From Candidatus Latescibacterota bacterium (GTDB lineage: Bacteria > Latescibacterota > UBA2968 > UBA8231): 64,000 nucleotides of DNA. The position numbers and the translations under genes were made by a program. Below the pieces are notes generated by a model. That model was not told where the DNA came from. It did no database searches and worked only from the letters and a program-made list of their open reading frames with translations. The stretch covers positions 1,856,001-1,920,000 of the forward strand of contig OZ244561.1 in NCBI GenBank assembly GCA_965217585.1, written 5' to 3'. Of this stretch, positions 1-8,784 are shown in pieces. Positions within the stretch are counted from its first letter, which is position 1, and each line of letters starts with the position of its first letter.

Positions 1-1
1 T

Positions 2-358
2 ACCACGGTCCTGAGTCCGCAGATTCTGGGCGGCAGATTACTCGCCCAAGTTGCGCTAGTGCCCGACGTCTTCACCCCCAACGGAGACGACATCAACGAT
101 GAAGTCTCCGTGCGCTACAGCCTGCTGTCCGTGAGCGCACTCCGCCCCGTCAATATCTCGGTATACGATCTCAGCGGCCAGCTCGTACGAGTCCTGCACG
201 ATACCCCTGAAATTAACGGACGCTACGAAGACAAGTCGTGGGATGGCCGCGACGAGAACGACCAACTCGTCGCACCGGGCGTCTATCTTGTGCGGATCTC
301 TGTCGAGGGGGACGCCAAAGCCGACGAACTGTTGCGCCTAGTCGCCGTCGCCTATTGA
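2..358 (+). CDS. 3' end of secreted FlgD-Ig/T9SS-type-B-like tail protein (paralog 1, 5'-truncated by window)
   Basis: Frame open from base 2; FTPNGDDIND...VYDLSGQLVR...WDGRDENDQLVAPGVY...VAVAY*, same tail as five other paralogs in window. Confidence 0.85.
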   Translation, partial: TTVLSPQILGGRLLAQVALVPDVFTPNGDDINDEVSVRYSLLSVSALRPVNISVYDLSGQLVRVLHDTPEINGRYEDKSWDGRDENDQLVAPGVYLVRISVEGDAKADELLRLVAVAY

Positions 359-443
359 CCCCACCTCACACCATCCCAATGACAACTCCAGATTGGTACG
401 TTGTTCCAAATCGCGGGCCTGCGTACCTCGGAGTGATGGAAAT

Positions 444-2102
444 ATGAAGATCCCATCGGCAGTGAGACTGCTAATCGCCGTTATCCCGGCTGGGTGTGAG
501 CCGTCCGAGGATGAGTTAGTCGCCCGGGTTGGGACATATCCGATCACCTCCAACGCGCTGAGGACCTTTGTTGAAGGGCTTCCAGTAGACCTGCGCGTTC
601 AAGAGACAGGTGATGTCGCTCGCCGCCGTTACCTGCAGGATATGGTCGATCGCTACCTGATGCTCATCGAGGCTCGGGCCCGGGGGTTGGACACCACACA
701 GGTGATGCGCACGGCGGTCAGCGAAGCAGTCGACAGCCGGGCTCGGAGTCGCTATAGGGCCCGTAAGATGACTTCCACTAAAGAGATTACTCCGCAGGAG
801 GGGCGTCGGTACTTTGCCAGCGAGGGATATGACCAGGAGCGCAAACTGACCGCTATCCTGCTTAAAAATCGAGCCCAGATCGAAGCGGCATTGGTCGAGC
901 TGAAGGCGGGAAAAGCTTTCGAGGATATTGCCCAGGCGCAGTCTCTGGACAAGGCGGCGGCGGTAAAAGGTGGTGAATTGGGATGGGTAGACAGGGATAT
1001 GGCACTGCGGCTCTACATCCCGCAGGAAGTCTTCACCGACCTGCCAACCGGGCAGGTTTCAGAGCCTCTGCCGGCGGGCAAACACTGGCACCTAGTCCGC
1101 TTTATAGAGGAGCGACCGACGCAGTATGAGAAGAACCGGCTGGTGATTGCATCCCGCCTTCGCGCCGAGCGCACAAAGCAGCTCTCCGAAGAGCACTTCG
1201 AGCAACTCGAAGCAACCTTCGATATACAGTTGGGAATAGACGGCTTCAAGGAACTGGCAGCGGCCTATCGCCAGAGGACGCCGGAAGTCCTCGCCGACAG
1301 TCCGACTCCACTCTACATATACGACCAGGGCCAGATCAGTGTGGGCCAGGCACAGCAGACGCTGAAGCCCCTGAAAGAGGCCCGCGCCTTGGCTGACGGT
1401 GACCGGGCCAAGGCGATCACCGTTCTGCAAAAATACGTTTTGCGCCCGTTTCTGCTGGAAGAAGCCGCCCGACGCGCAGGTATTTATGACGAGCCCGATA
1501 TCAAGCGTTTTGCAGCTAATTACCGAGAAGATGTTGTCTTGGAAATCTTGAGAAAAGTCGCCATTTCCCAGAGAGTAAAACTGTCTGAGGAAGAGGTGCG
1601 CCAATACTACGACGAGCACCTCGAAATGTTCTTCCACGAAGGTGCGACCTGGGTCGAAGAATTGCTGCTACCCACCGAGGCAGCGGCTCAGGACGCGAGA
1701 AAACAGCTAGAGGCCGGAGCGCAGTTCGAGGCGTTGGCCAGCCTTAGTCTGCGCCCTGGAGCGGTCGGAGTCAAAGCGAAATTTCACTTCCATGCTCTGG
1801 AAAAGGTCCGCTATCCCCAACTGATACCGGCAATTTTAGAAGCGCAAAAAGGTCAGCTCGTCGGACCCCTTAAACTGGAGTCGGGCTTCTCTGTATTCAA
1901 AGTTTTTAAGAGGGAGGAGGGCGCTGTAGAACCCTTCGCCACTGCTAGGCGTAGAGCCCAAGGCCTGCTCCGCATGCAGCGGCAGAAAGGTATGTTTCAG
2001 AACCTGATGGACACCCTGAGAAAACGCCACGCCGACCAAGTCGATATTTTCGAGGATCGACTGCGGGCGGCTCTGCCCGACAGCCTTGTGGGAACTGATT
2101 GA
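444..2102 (+). CDS. SurA/PpiC-like peptidyl-prolyl isomerase/chaperone lipoprotein
   Basis: ATG 444, lipobox-like IPAGC; VARVG N-domain; parvulin motif FEDIAQAQSLD...KGGELGW plus second degenerate rotamase domain; paralog of 61166-62941. Confidence 0.8.
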   Translation: MKIPSAVRLLIAVIPAGCEPSEDELVARVGTYPITSNALRTFVEGLPVDLRVQETGDVARRRYLQDMVDRYLMLIEARARGLDTTQVMRTAVSEAVDSRARSRYRARKMTSTKEITPQEGRRYFASEGYDQERKLTAILLKNRAQIEAALVELKAGKAFEDIAQAQSLDKAAAVKGGELGWVDRDMALRLYIPQEVFTDLPTGQVSEPLPAGKHWHLVRFIEERPTQYEKNRLVIASRLRAERTKQLSEEHFEQLEATFDIQLGIDGFKELAAAYRQRTPEVLADSPTPLYIYDQGQISVGQAQQTLKPLKEARALADGDRAKAITVLQKYVLRPFLLEEAARRAGIYDEPDIKRFAANYREDVVLEILRKVAISQRVKLSEEEVRQYYDEHLEMFFHEGATWVEELLLPTEAAAQDARKQLEAGAQFEALASLSLRPGAVGVKAKFHFHALEKVRYPQLIPAILEAQKGQLVGPLKLESGFSVFKVFKREEGAVEPFATARRRAQGLLRMQRQKGMFQNLMDTLRKRHADQVDIFEDRLRAALPDSLVGTD

Positions 2103-3635
2103 GTGCGCCAGATCTTCGCCTGTAGCCTCTGTGGCGCAGCGATCCTTTCCCTGAGTGTGGGATGCGGTCTTGGGCAGGAGCCCGACGGCAGTTCCCCAGA
2201 GCAGGACGCCAGGCGACAGAAAGGCCTCTTGTTGACGGGCAGAGGGCTTCTCTTGCTGCAGCAGGGGCGACCAACCCGGGCGCTGGCCGTTTCCAAGGAA
2301 GCCCAGCAGTTCATTCCAGAGGCACCGGAACCCTACTTCAATATGGGGCTCGCCTACTCTCGTCTCGGTCGCCATGCAGAAGCCATAAAAGCCTTCGAGC
2401 TAGCCCAAGCTCGGGGATCTCCAAATGCCGCCCAGTTTTTCGCTCTAGGCTTGTCGCTGCGCGCCCAGAACCACGATCTGGAGGCAGCTAGCGAGTTTCG
2501 CAAAGCCATAGATTTAGCCCCCGACCGAGCCGACTACCACTATGCTCTGGGTGAAGTGCTCAGGTCCATGAGCGATTTCCCCGGCGCAGTCGCGGCCTTC
2601 GAAACGGCTATCCGGCTCGATTCCACCCACATCGAAGCCCACTTTTACCGCAGTGATCTTCTTGCCCGAGGCCAGCGGCTGGACGAAGCCGAAGCCGGAT
2701 ACAGGCGCACCCTGGCGCTGGATCCGGAGCGGACGGCCACTTATCTGGGCCTGGGCCGACTACTCTCCAAACAGAGGCGTTTTGCCGAGGCCATCGACAT
2801 GCTGCAACGAGCCATCGCGATCAACCCGAAGGGCTCCAATGTCTATTATTTTTTGAGTCAGGTTCAGCGCCAAGCCGGAAATGAACAGGGGGCAGAATCA
2901 GCGCTCGCCACGTTTCAACACTTGTACGCAGTTGAACAGCATCTGGACCAGGGGGACCTATATGCGGTGCGCGGTAAGTGGGAACTGGCCATCGCGGCCT
3001 GGTTGCAGGCTATCGCCGTCGACTCCGCCTCCGTCGATGCCTATATACGGGTGAGTGAGACGCACCTGCGACAGGAAGATTTGGAGGCAGCACTGCCCGT
3101 GTTAAAAAGGGGACTAGCCGTGAGGCCGCAGAATTTGGTCCTGCGCTGCCTGTTGGGCGAGGCCTATCTCGTCGCCGATAATCCGACGGCCGCGGCGCAG
3201 ACATTTGAGCAGGCCCTACGCCAGGATCCGACCTTACTGCGGGCGCTGTATGGGCTCGGACGCGCCGATCTGGCAGCCGGAAATCTCCAGAGCGCTGTTG
3301 CTTGGTTCCGACGAGGTCTGGACATTGATCCAGATGACGTGGAATCGCACTACCACCTCGGACTTGCCTACGTCAGACAAAGGCGCTATGTCGAGGCTCT
3401 GACCTGCTTTCAGCAGAGCGTGGCTATCGACCCGTCCCACGTGCGGGCCCATTACGCCCTAGGCCGATTGCATGTGGAGCAGGCAGCAGATGTCGAGGCC
3501 AGAGCCGCTTTTGCCACAGTCTTGGAACTGGACCCCGATCACTCCAGAGCCCGAGAGGGTCTGGCGCGCCTAGATGAGGGTGGTGATTTGATTGGCCAAG
3601 GTGCTGCGGGAATGCCCGGCGAGGGGAGAAAATAA
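2103..3635 (+). CDS. TPR-repeat (lipo)protein
   Basis: Many TPR repeats (YFNMGLAY, YHYALGEVL, SHYHLGLAY); N-terminal SVGC lipobox-like. Confidence 0.85.
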   Translation: MRQIFACSLCGAAILSLSVGCGLGQEPDGSSPEQDARRQKGLLLTGRGLLLLQQGRPTRALAVSKEAQQFIPEAPEPYFNMGLAYSRLGRHAEAIKAFELAQARGSPNAAQFFALGLSLRAQNHDLEAASEFRKAIDLAPDRADYHYALGEVLRSMSDFPGAVAAFETAIRLDSTHIEAHFYRSDLLARGQRLDEAEAGYRRTLALDPERTATYLGLGRLLSKQRRFAEAIDMLQRAIAINPKGSNVYYFLSQVQRQAGNEQGAESALATFQHLYAVEQHLDQGDLYAVRGKWELAIAAWLQAIAVDSASVDAYIRVSETHLRQEDLEAALPVLKRGLAVRPQNLVLRCLLGEAYLVADNPTAAAQTFEQALRQDPTLLRALYGLGRADLAAGNLQSAVAWFRRGLDIDPDDVESHYHLGLAYVRQRRYVEALTCFQQSVAIDPSHVRAHYALGRLHVEQAADVEARAAFATVLELDPDHSRAREGLARLDEGGDLIGQGAAGMPGEGRK

Positions 3636-3760
3636 CTTACTCGTGAACCGGAATGGTATTACATTCTCCAAAGTCACCGATGGGGTCGAGGTTTCGCGGG
3701 ACGGCCTTGATGAGGAGTAGCTTCTTACCTGCTGGATCTTATAAATGATGGAGGTACCTT

Positions 3761-6421
3761 GTGCGACAACGCGAGTACTCTGTAGCATCCATTCTGTTCT
3801 GTATGGCCCTTGGGGCCCTTCCGATCAGTGCACAGGACTACGGTGCCCGCTTAGGAACCGAAAGGGGTGGAGAAGTCACTTTCGAACCGCAGGGCCCTGG
3901 GGTTATGTTTGGTGCATTGGATCCGGCGGTGCGCCGGTGGTACGTCCCCCAGGAGCTCTATAGAGAATTCGGCTGGAAGCAGTGGGAATACTCAAACTAT
4001 GCCAGAGAACACTATCAGCGTTACGTCGACATCAGCCTAGAAGGCGACTATTTTTACGATCTATATGGTGATTTCGTCGGTCGCGGATGGCTCATTTTTA
4101 ACACCTCCCAGATCCAGCCCGAACAGTTTGGCAGCTCAATCTTCAAGTCCACGAGGTTTTCTGAGTGGTTCTCCGGGCTTCTCATCTCCGCCGACAGAAA
4201 AGGGCAGTACCAATATGCGGTGACGATCAGCAACGAGCTCCGCACCACGCTGACCCCCATGACCTTTTCCAAGCCTCGCTGGGACGGCATCCAGATCGAT
4301 TTCGCCTCGGATGCATACGAATCCACCCTAATCTTTTCGCGTTTGAGCACTCCAGGAGGCTCCAGTACGCGAGACCTCGAGAACCTCGTGACAAACCTCA
4401 CTACACTGCTCGGTGGCCGTTTTACCATCCAGGTGGGGGATTTTGCGACGGTAGGTTTAACCACCGTCAATACCCACCAGTCCAACACGTTGGTCGACGG
4501 CTTCAAGGGCAACCCCATCCACGGCGAGCTGACCATCGACCAGAGAGCGACGATTGGCGCCATCGAAATTGTTCTGCGCGACGATTCCCCTGAAGACGGG
4601 ATCGGGGGGGCGGCCTTTTTTTCTGCCGGCTCCGACATCATCATTACCTATGTAGACGGCAAGGTGGACAGGGGTAAGAATATCCGTTTCGAACCCGTTA
4701 TCCAGGGTGGTTTTATCCGTGAGGGCTTCATCGCCGCCGATGGCACCGAGCAGATAAGCCTGCGCTATGACTTCGACAGTGCAGCCTTTCTCAATCGGGC
4801 AAATGGCACCAAAGAGGAGATCAAAAAGGTCGAGTTTGAGCTCGTTCTGGGCAATGACTACCAGGTGTGGGTGACATCCGACCGACAGTTGAACAGCGCC
4901 TCTACCTCCGTCCTCCTCATGGTGACCCAAGCAGAGGGCAACGTACAGGACAATACCAACCTCAGAGTCGTCAGCTTTGAATACGGTCTGCCTACGGCTA
5001 CCCAGATCTGGGGCACCACCCTTGAACTTAAAGAGGTTTTCGGGTTTAAATTCTACGGCGAATACGACCTGAGCCACAGCTACACAAAATTTCCCAGTAT
5101 AACGCGCAATAGCCACTCTGTTTTCTCGGGCATCAAAGGCGAGCGATCTGCGCCGGCGTGGATGATGAATGTTTCGCGCGTTGATTTTCCCTGGTTCTTC
5201 TTCGGCGAGGCGTACAGCATGGACCCACGCTACAACACCAGTAGCTTCGCTGCTGAGGCCTCCGGGTTTATCGACTACGAGGATCCGCGCGTTTCCACTA
5301 TCGACTTGGTCACCGACAACGATGACCAGGATCGATTCGCCGACGCCATTCGCAGAGATACGCGGAGAGGAGACAATGCCGTTTTTCCCGGCTGGGACGA
5401 GAACAACGACTTTGTGTCCGACTTTAACCAGAACGACAATTCCGTACTGTCGAATTCGACACCGGATTACGAGGAGGCCTTTCTGCGCCATCACGTCGAC
5501 CGGCCGGAATTTCTCTTCGGTATCGATTTGAACAACAATCTTTGGATCGACCGATTTGAGAATGATGATCAGCCGGACTATCCATACAAAAAAGATCGCC
5601 GTGGCTTCAATGTGTATGGAGGCTTGAACTTGCTTGCCGATGTTCAGCTCACGGTCGGGCTGCTGCGGGAAGAGCTGATCTCATCTGATAAGAAGAATCA
5701 TACCAACTACCTGCTGCTCACCATGGATCGCGATATGGCCGAATGGGGACGTCTGCGCTTCTTCGAGTCGCTGAAGTCCGTAAAAGACAATATTGAAGAC
5801 GAACTTCTCCAGTGGCTGCCAAATACGATATTGCGCACCGGAGAGCCGACGCGCTTGCAGGACCCGATTATAGCGCCCGATACCTGGATCAACACGCTGT
5901 GGACAGGACACGACTACTCCAGGGGAGCCCTGCAAGCAAAAAATCTGGTAAAATACAAAATCTATCACCAACGTCTCAACAAAGAAGAGAGAACGCTGCT
6001 CAGTAGGCGTAAACGGGACTACTTCTTCGGCCTTATCAACAAGGCTAGCTACCGCATCGATTGGGGCCGACTGCGAATCGAGCCGCGCTGGAAAAGCGAG
6101 TTCCGCAAGCAGACGCTGGACCTGCTTTCTACCGACAATCGGGAGGAATTGACCGAGATTGGTGGTGTTCTTGTATCCGTACCGTTCCTCCTGCACACTA
6201 CTTTAATGACGGGCATAGAGTACACGTCCTTCAATGATTTCAAGCGCGATTCCAACGATTTCAACGGTATCGCCACGGCGTTTCAGGTCACCAATGAATC
6301 CTCCTATCTGGGGTACAACCTGATTATGCAGGGTGGTGTGAAAATCAACCGCCGAGATTTTAAGGGTCAGGATTCAGACACTTTGACGCAGGGCTTTCTC
6401 ACAATGTACGCCGGGTTATAA
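3761..6421 (+). CDS. Large secreted, putative outer-membrane beta-barrel protein with Asp-rich Ca-binding repeats (paralog A)
   Basis: GTG start after GGAGG; signal peptide ALPISA-Q; DNDDQDR, DENNDFVSD, DLNNNLWIDRFENDD repeats; alternating amphipathic strands; ends FLTMYAGL; collinear homolog of 56687-59302. Barrel fold is inference. Confidence 0.7.
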   Translation: MRQREYSVASILFCMALGALPISAQDYGARLGTERGGEVTFEPQGPGVMFGALDPAVRRWYVPQELYREFGWKQWEYSNYAREHYQRYVDISLEGDYFYDLYGDFVGRGWLIFNTSQIQPEQFGSSIFKSTRFSEWFSGLLISADRKGQYQYAVTISNELRTTLTPMTFSKPRWDGIQIDFASDAYESTLIFSRLSTPGGSSTRDLENLVTNLTTLLGGRFTIQVGDFATVGLTTVNTHQSNTLVDGFKGNPIHGELTIDQRATIGAIEIVLRDDSPEDGIGGAAFFSAGSDIIITYVDGKVDRGKNIRFEPVIQGGFIREGFIAADGTEQISLRYDFDSAAFLNRANGTKEEIKKVEFELVLGNDYQVWVTSDRQLNSASTSVLLMVTQAEGNVQDNTNLRVVSFEYGLPTATQIWGTTLELKEVFGFKFYGEYDLSHSYTKFPSITRNSHSVFSGIKGERSAPAWMMNVSRVDFPWFFFGEAYSMDPRYNTSSFAAEASGFIDYEDPRVSTIDLVTDNDDQDRFADAIRRDTRRGDNAVFPGWDENNDFVSDFNQNDNSVLSNSTPDYEEAFLRHHVDRPEFLFGIDLNNNLWIDRFENDDQPDYPYKKDRRGFNVYGGLNLLADVQLTVGLLREELISSDKKNHTNYLLLTMDRDMAEWGRLRFFESLKSVKDNIEDELLQWLPNTILRTGEPTRLQDPIIAPDTWINTLWTGHDYSRGALQAKNLVKYKIYHQRLNKEERTLLSRRKRDYFFGLINKASYRIDWGRLRIEPRWKSEFRKQTLDLLSTDNREELTEIGGVLVSVPFLLHTTLMTGIEYTSFNDFKRDSNDFNGIATAFQVTNESSYLGYNLIMQGGVKINRRDFKGQDSDTLTQGFLTMYAGL

Positions 6422-6434
6422 GGTATAGAAGCTG

Positions 6435-8765
6435 TTGGGAAAATCCATTGGCTGGATCGCCTCTGCCAGAAGGCTCCTATCAGGTCGCTGTTTCTGGGCA
6501 GCACTGATTGCCCTGACTGCGCTCGCCCTGCGGATTGCCCACGTTCAAGACAGCACTTCCAGCCCGCTCTTCGATGCCCCTGTGGGCAACGCGCGGATGT
6601 ACGCGGAGGTGGCGACAGACCTAGTTGCAGGCAACTGGGCAGGTAAGCCCGAACCGTACTGGCAGCCTCCTCTGTACTCGTACTATCTGGCCATGATTTT
6701 CTGGATGACTGAACAGAGCTATTTTCTGCCGCGGCTTATTCAGGCGATCCTGGGCGCGGCCATCTGCGTGTTAATCTACTTCCTGGGGCTTATTGCCTTT
6801 CCAGATTCGGTGGCGCGGGGCGCAGGGGTCGGTGCCGCACTGTATGGCCCGCTCATCTACTTTGGCGGCGAGCTGCTGCCGACCATTGTGGCGATTTTTC
6901 TGTTCCTGCTCTTTCTGCTCTTTCTGCTCAGAAGCTGTCTGAAAACCCCCGGCGGCCGTCGCTCAGCTATCAAGGCTGCGGGGCTGCGTTGGCTGATTGC
7001 CGGATTCCTGTTGGGACTTTCAGCGCTGGCCGCAGTAAATATGCTTGTCTTCCTGCCGTTGCTCCTCCTGTGGCTCTACGCCTGCGCTGATCTGCCCAGA
7101 GGGCACACTAGGGCAGGACGCGCCCTCTTTGTGCTGCTCGGCTGCAGCCTGACCATTGCCCCGGTGACAGTGCGCAACTACATCGTCGGCCACGACCGAG
7201 TGCTCATCTCTGCCAATGCCGGCTTCGACTTTTATCTGGGCAACAACGCCAATTACGCCCGCACCGTTCAGATGCAACCCGGATTCGAGTGGCAGGAACA
7301 GGTGGAGAGCCCCGCAACATCCGAAAAGTCGCGTTATTTTCTGGCTAAACCCTGGCACTTTATCCGCCATGAACCCTTGCGGTATCTAACCCTGTCGCTG
7401 CACAAGCTTTACTTATTCTGGCACGGCGACGAGTTGCGCCGGAATCTCGATCCGTACTACGCCCGCAACGACTCGACGATTCTGCGCTTGCTAATGTGGA
7501 AATATGGACTTGCGTTCCCCTTTGGCCTTGTCGCTCCCTTGGCGCTGGTGGGTATGGTCTGCTACTGGAGAAGTGCACCCAGCTCATCCTCCGGTCGACT
7601 CCTCCTGCTGTTCTTGCTGGTTTACATGTTATCAGTAGTGGTGTTTTCCGCGACGGCCCAACATCGCCTTCCGGCGGTGCCTCTGGCCCTGCTCTTTGCC
7701 TGTTCTGGTCTGCGGGAGATCCTCGTGCGGCGGGGAAGCAACAGGCTCAGATTGCTCGTTGCAGTGGTGGTCCTGCTGGTAGCAACCAATGTGGGGGCGG
7801 GCACAATGAACATGGAAGGAAGCGGTTCCCAGCACTTTGTGTTGGGAACCGCCTATGAGACACTGGGGATGGAGGCCAACGCCATGCGGGAATATAGGGC
7901 CGCCCTGGAGTGCCTGCCCGATTACCGCGAGTCCGTGGTACGCCTAGGCCACCTCCACACCTCTCGCCAGGAACATGACCGCGCCATTCGGGTTTACGAG
8001 GCTTTCCTCCGGCGTTATCCAGAGACCGAATCCATCCGCTTCCTGTTGGCCAACGCCCATCTGGCGGCAGGACATCTCAAGAGGGCGATAGCTGGTTACG
8101 AAAGCCTGATCCCGCAGCGCCCGCAGTGGGCAGCTCTGCACGGCACCCTCGGCTATGCCTACCTGCGGGATGGGCGGCCCTCAATGGCGATCTCGGCCTA
8201 CCGACGAACGCTTGAACTGCAGCCAGATTCGAGCCTGGTACGCTACCAGCTAGCGCGGCTCTACGCGGTCCAGGACAGCTTGCGAGCTGCCACTGAACAA
8301 TTTAGCACGCTCCTGGAGAAAGACCCCGACAATGCAGAATTCCACACCCGCATTGCAGATCTTCTTATCCAGCGGGAAAGTGCGGGGGAAAACACCTTCG
8401 CCCTGCCGCAGAACGCGGCAACAGAGGCGGCCGAGATTCATCTACAGGAGGCGATTCGGCTAGCGCCGAATCGCCCTGAATCGCACTGGAGTCTGGGCAC
8501 GATGTTGGCCCGGCAAGCACGCTACGACGAAGCCACGAAGCACTTCGAACGGCTTTCTCAGCTCGAGTCCGACAATAACGAATTGTTTGTCTGGTTGGCC
8601 AACCTCAGCCAGCGAACCGGACACAACGACAGAGCGCAGGAGTACATGGCCCGTTATGCTAGGGCCGAACGCGAACGGCGACGCCAGCATCAGGTCCAGC
8701 GGGAAATGGACGATATGTTAAAAAAAACGTTCGGGAGGAAGACGACGCCAAAGAAAGATTTCTGA
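6435..8765 (+). CDS. GT-C (PMT/ArnT-like, GT39/GT83) membrane glycosyltransferase fused to TPR repeats
   Basis: Multi-TM N-half with YWQPPLYSYYLA, RNY...ISANAGFDFYLGNN, HRLP motifs; C-terminal TPRs. Confidence 0.75.
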   Translation: MGKSIGWIASARRLLSGRCFWAALIALTALALRIAHVQDSTSSPLFDAPVGNARMYAEVATDLVAGNWAGKPEPYWQPPLYSYYLAMIFWMTEQSYFLPRLIQAILGAAICVLIYFLGLIAFPDSVARGAGVGAALYGPLIYFGGELLPTIVAIFLFLLFLLFLLRSCLKTPGGRRSAIKAAGLRWLIAGFLLGLSALAAVNMLVFLPLLLLWLYACADLPRGHTRAGRALFVLLGCSLTIAPVTVRNYIVGHDRVLISANAGFDFYLGNNANYARTVQMQPGFEWQEQVESPATSEKSRYFLAKPWHFIRHEPLRYLTLSLHKLYLFWHGDELRRNLDPYYARNDSTILRLLMWKYGLAFPFGLVAPLALVGMVCYWRSAPSSSSGRLLLLFLLVYMLSVVVFSATAQHRLPAVPLALLFACSGLREILVRRGSNRLRLLVAVVVLLVATNVGAGTMNMEGSGSQHFVLGTAYETLGMEANAMREYRAALECLPDYRESVVRLGHLHTSRQEHDRAIRVYEAFLRRYPETESIRFLLANAHLAAGHLKRAIAGYESLIPQRPQWAALHGTLGYAYLRDGRPSMAISAYRRTLELQPDSSLVRYQLARLYAVQDSLRAATEQFSTLLEKDPDNAEFHTRIADLLIQRESAGENTFALPQNAATEAAEIHLQEAIRLAPNRPESHWSLGTMLARQARYDEATKHFERLSQLESDNNELFVWLANLSQRTGHNDRAQEYMARYARAERERRRQHQVQREMDDMLKKTFGRKTTPKKDF

Positions 8766-8784
8766 TGGTTGCAGGTGAGGGGAT

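Noticed and set aside
59-358. Flagellar hook-cap gene flgD
   Set aside because: Only the Ig-like tail resembles FlgD; no flagellar genes nearby
4457-5494. 345-aa antisense ORF and many similar shadow ORFs
   Set aside because: Antisense to well-supported genes, no motifs, expected in GC-rich coding DNA
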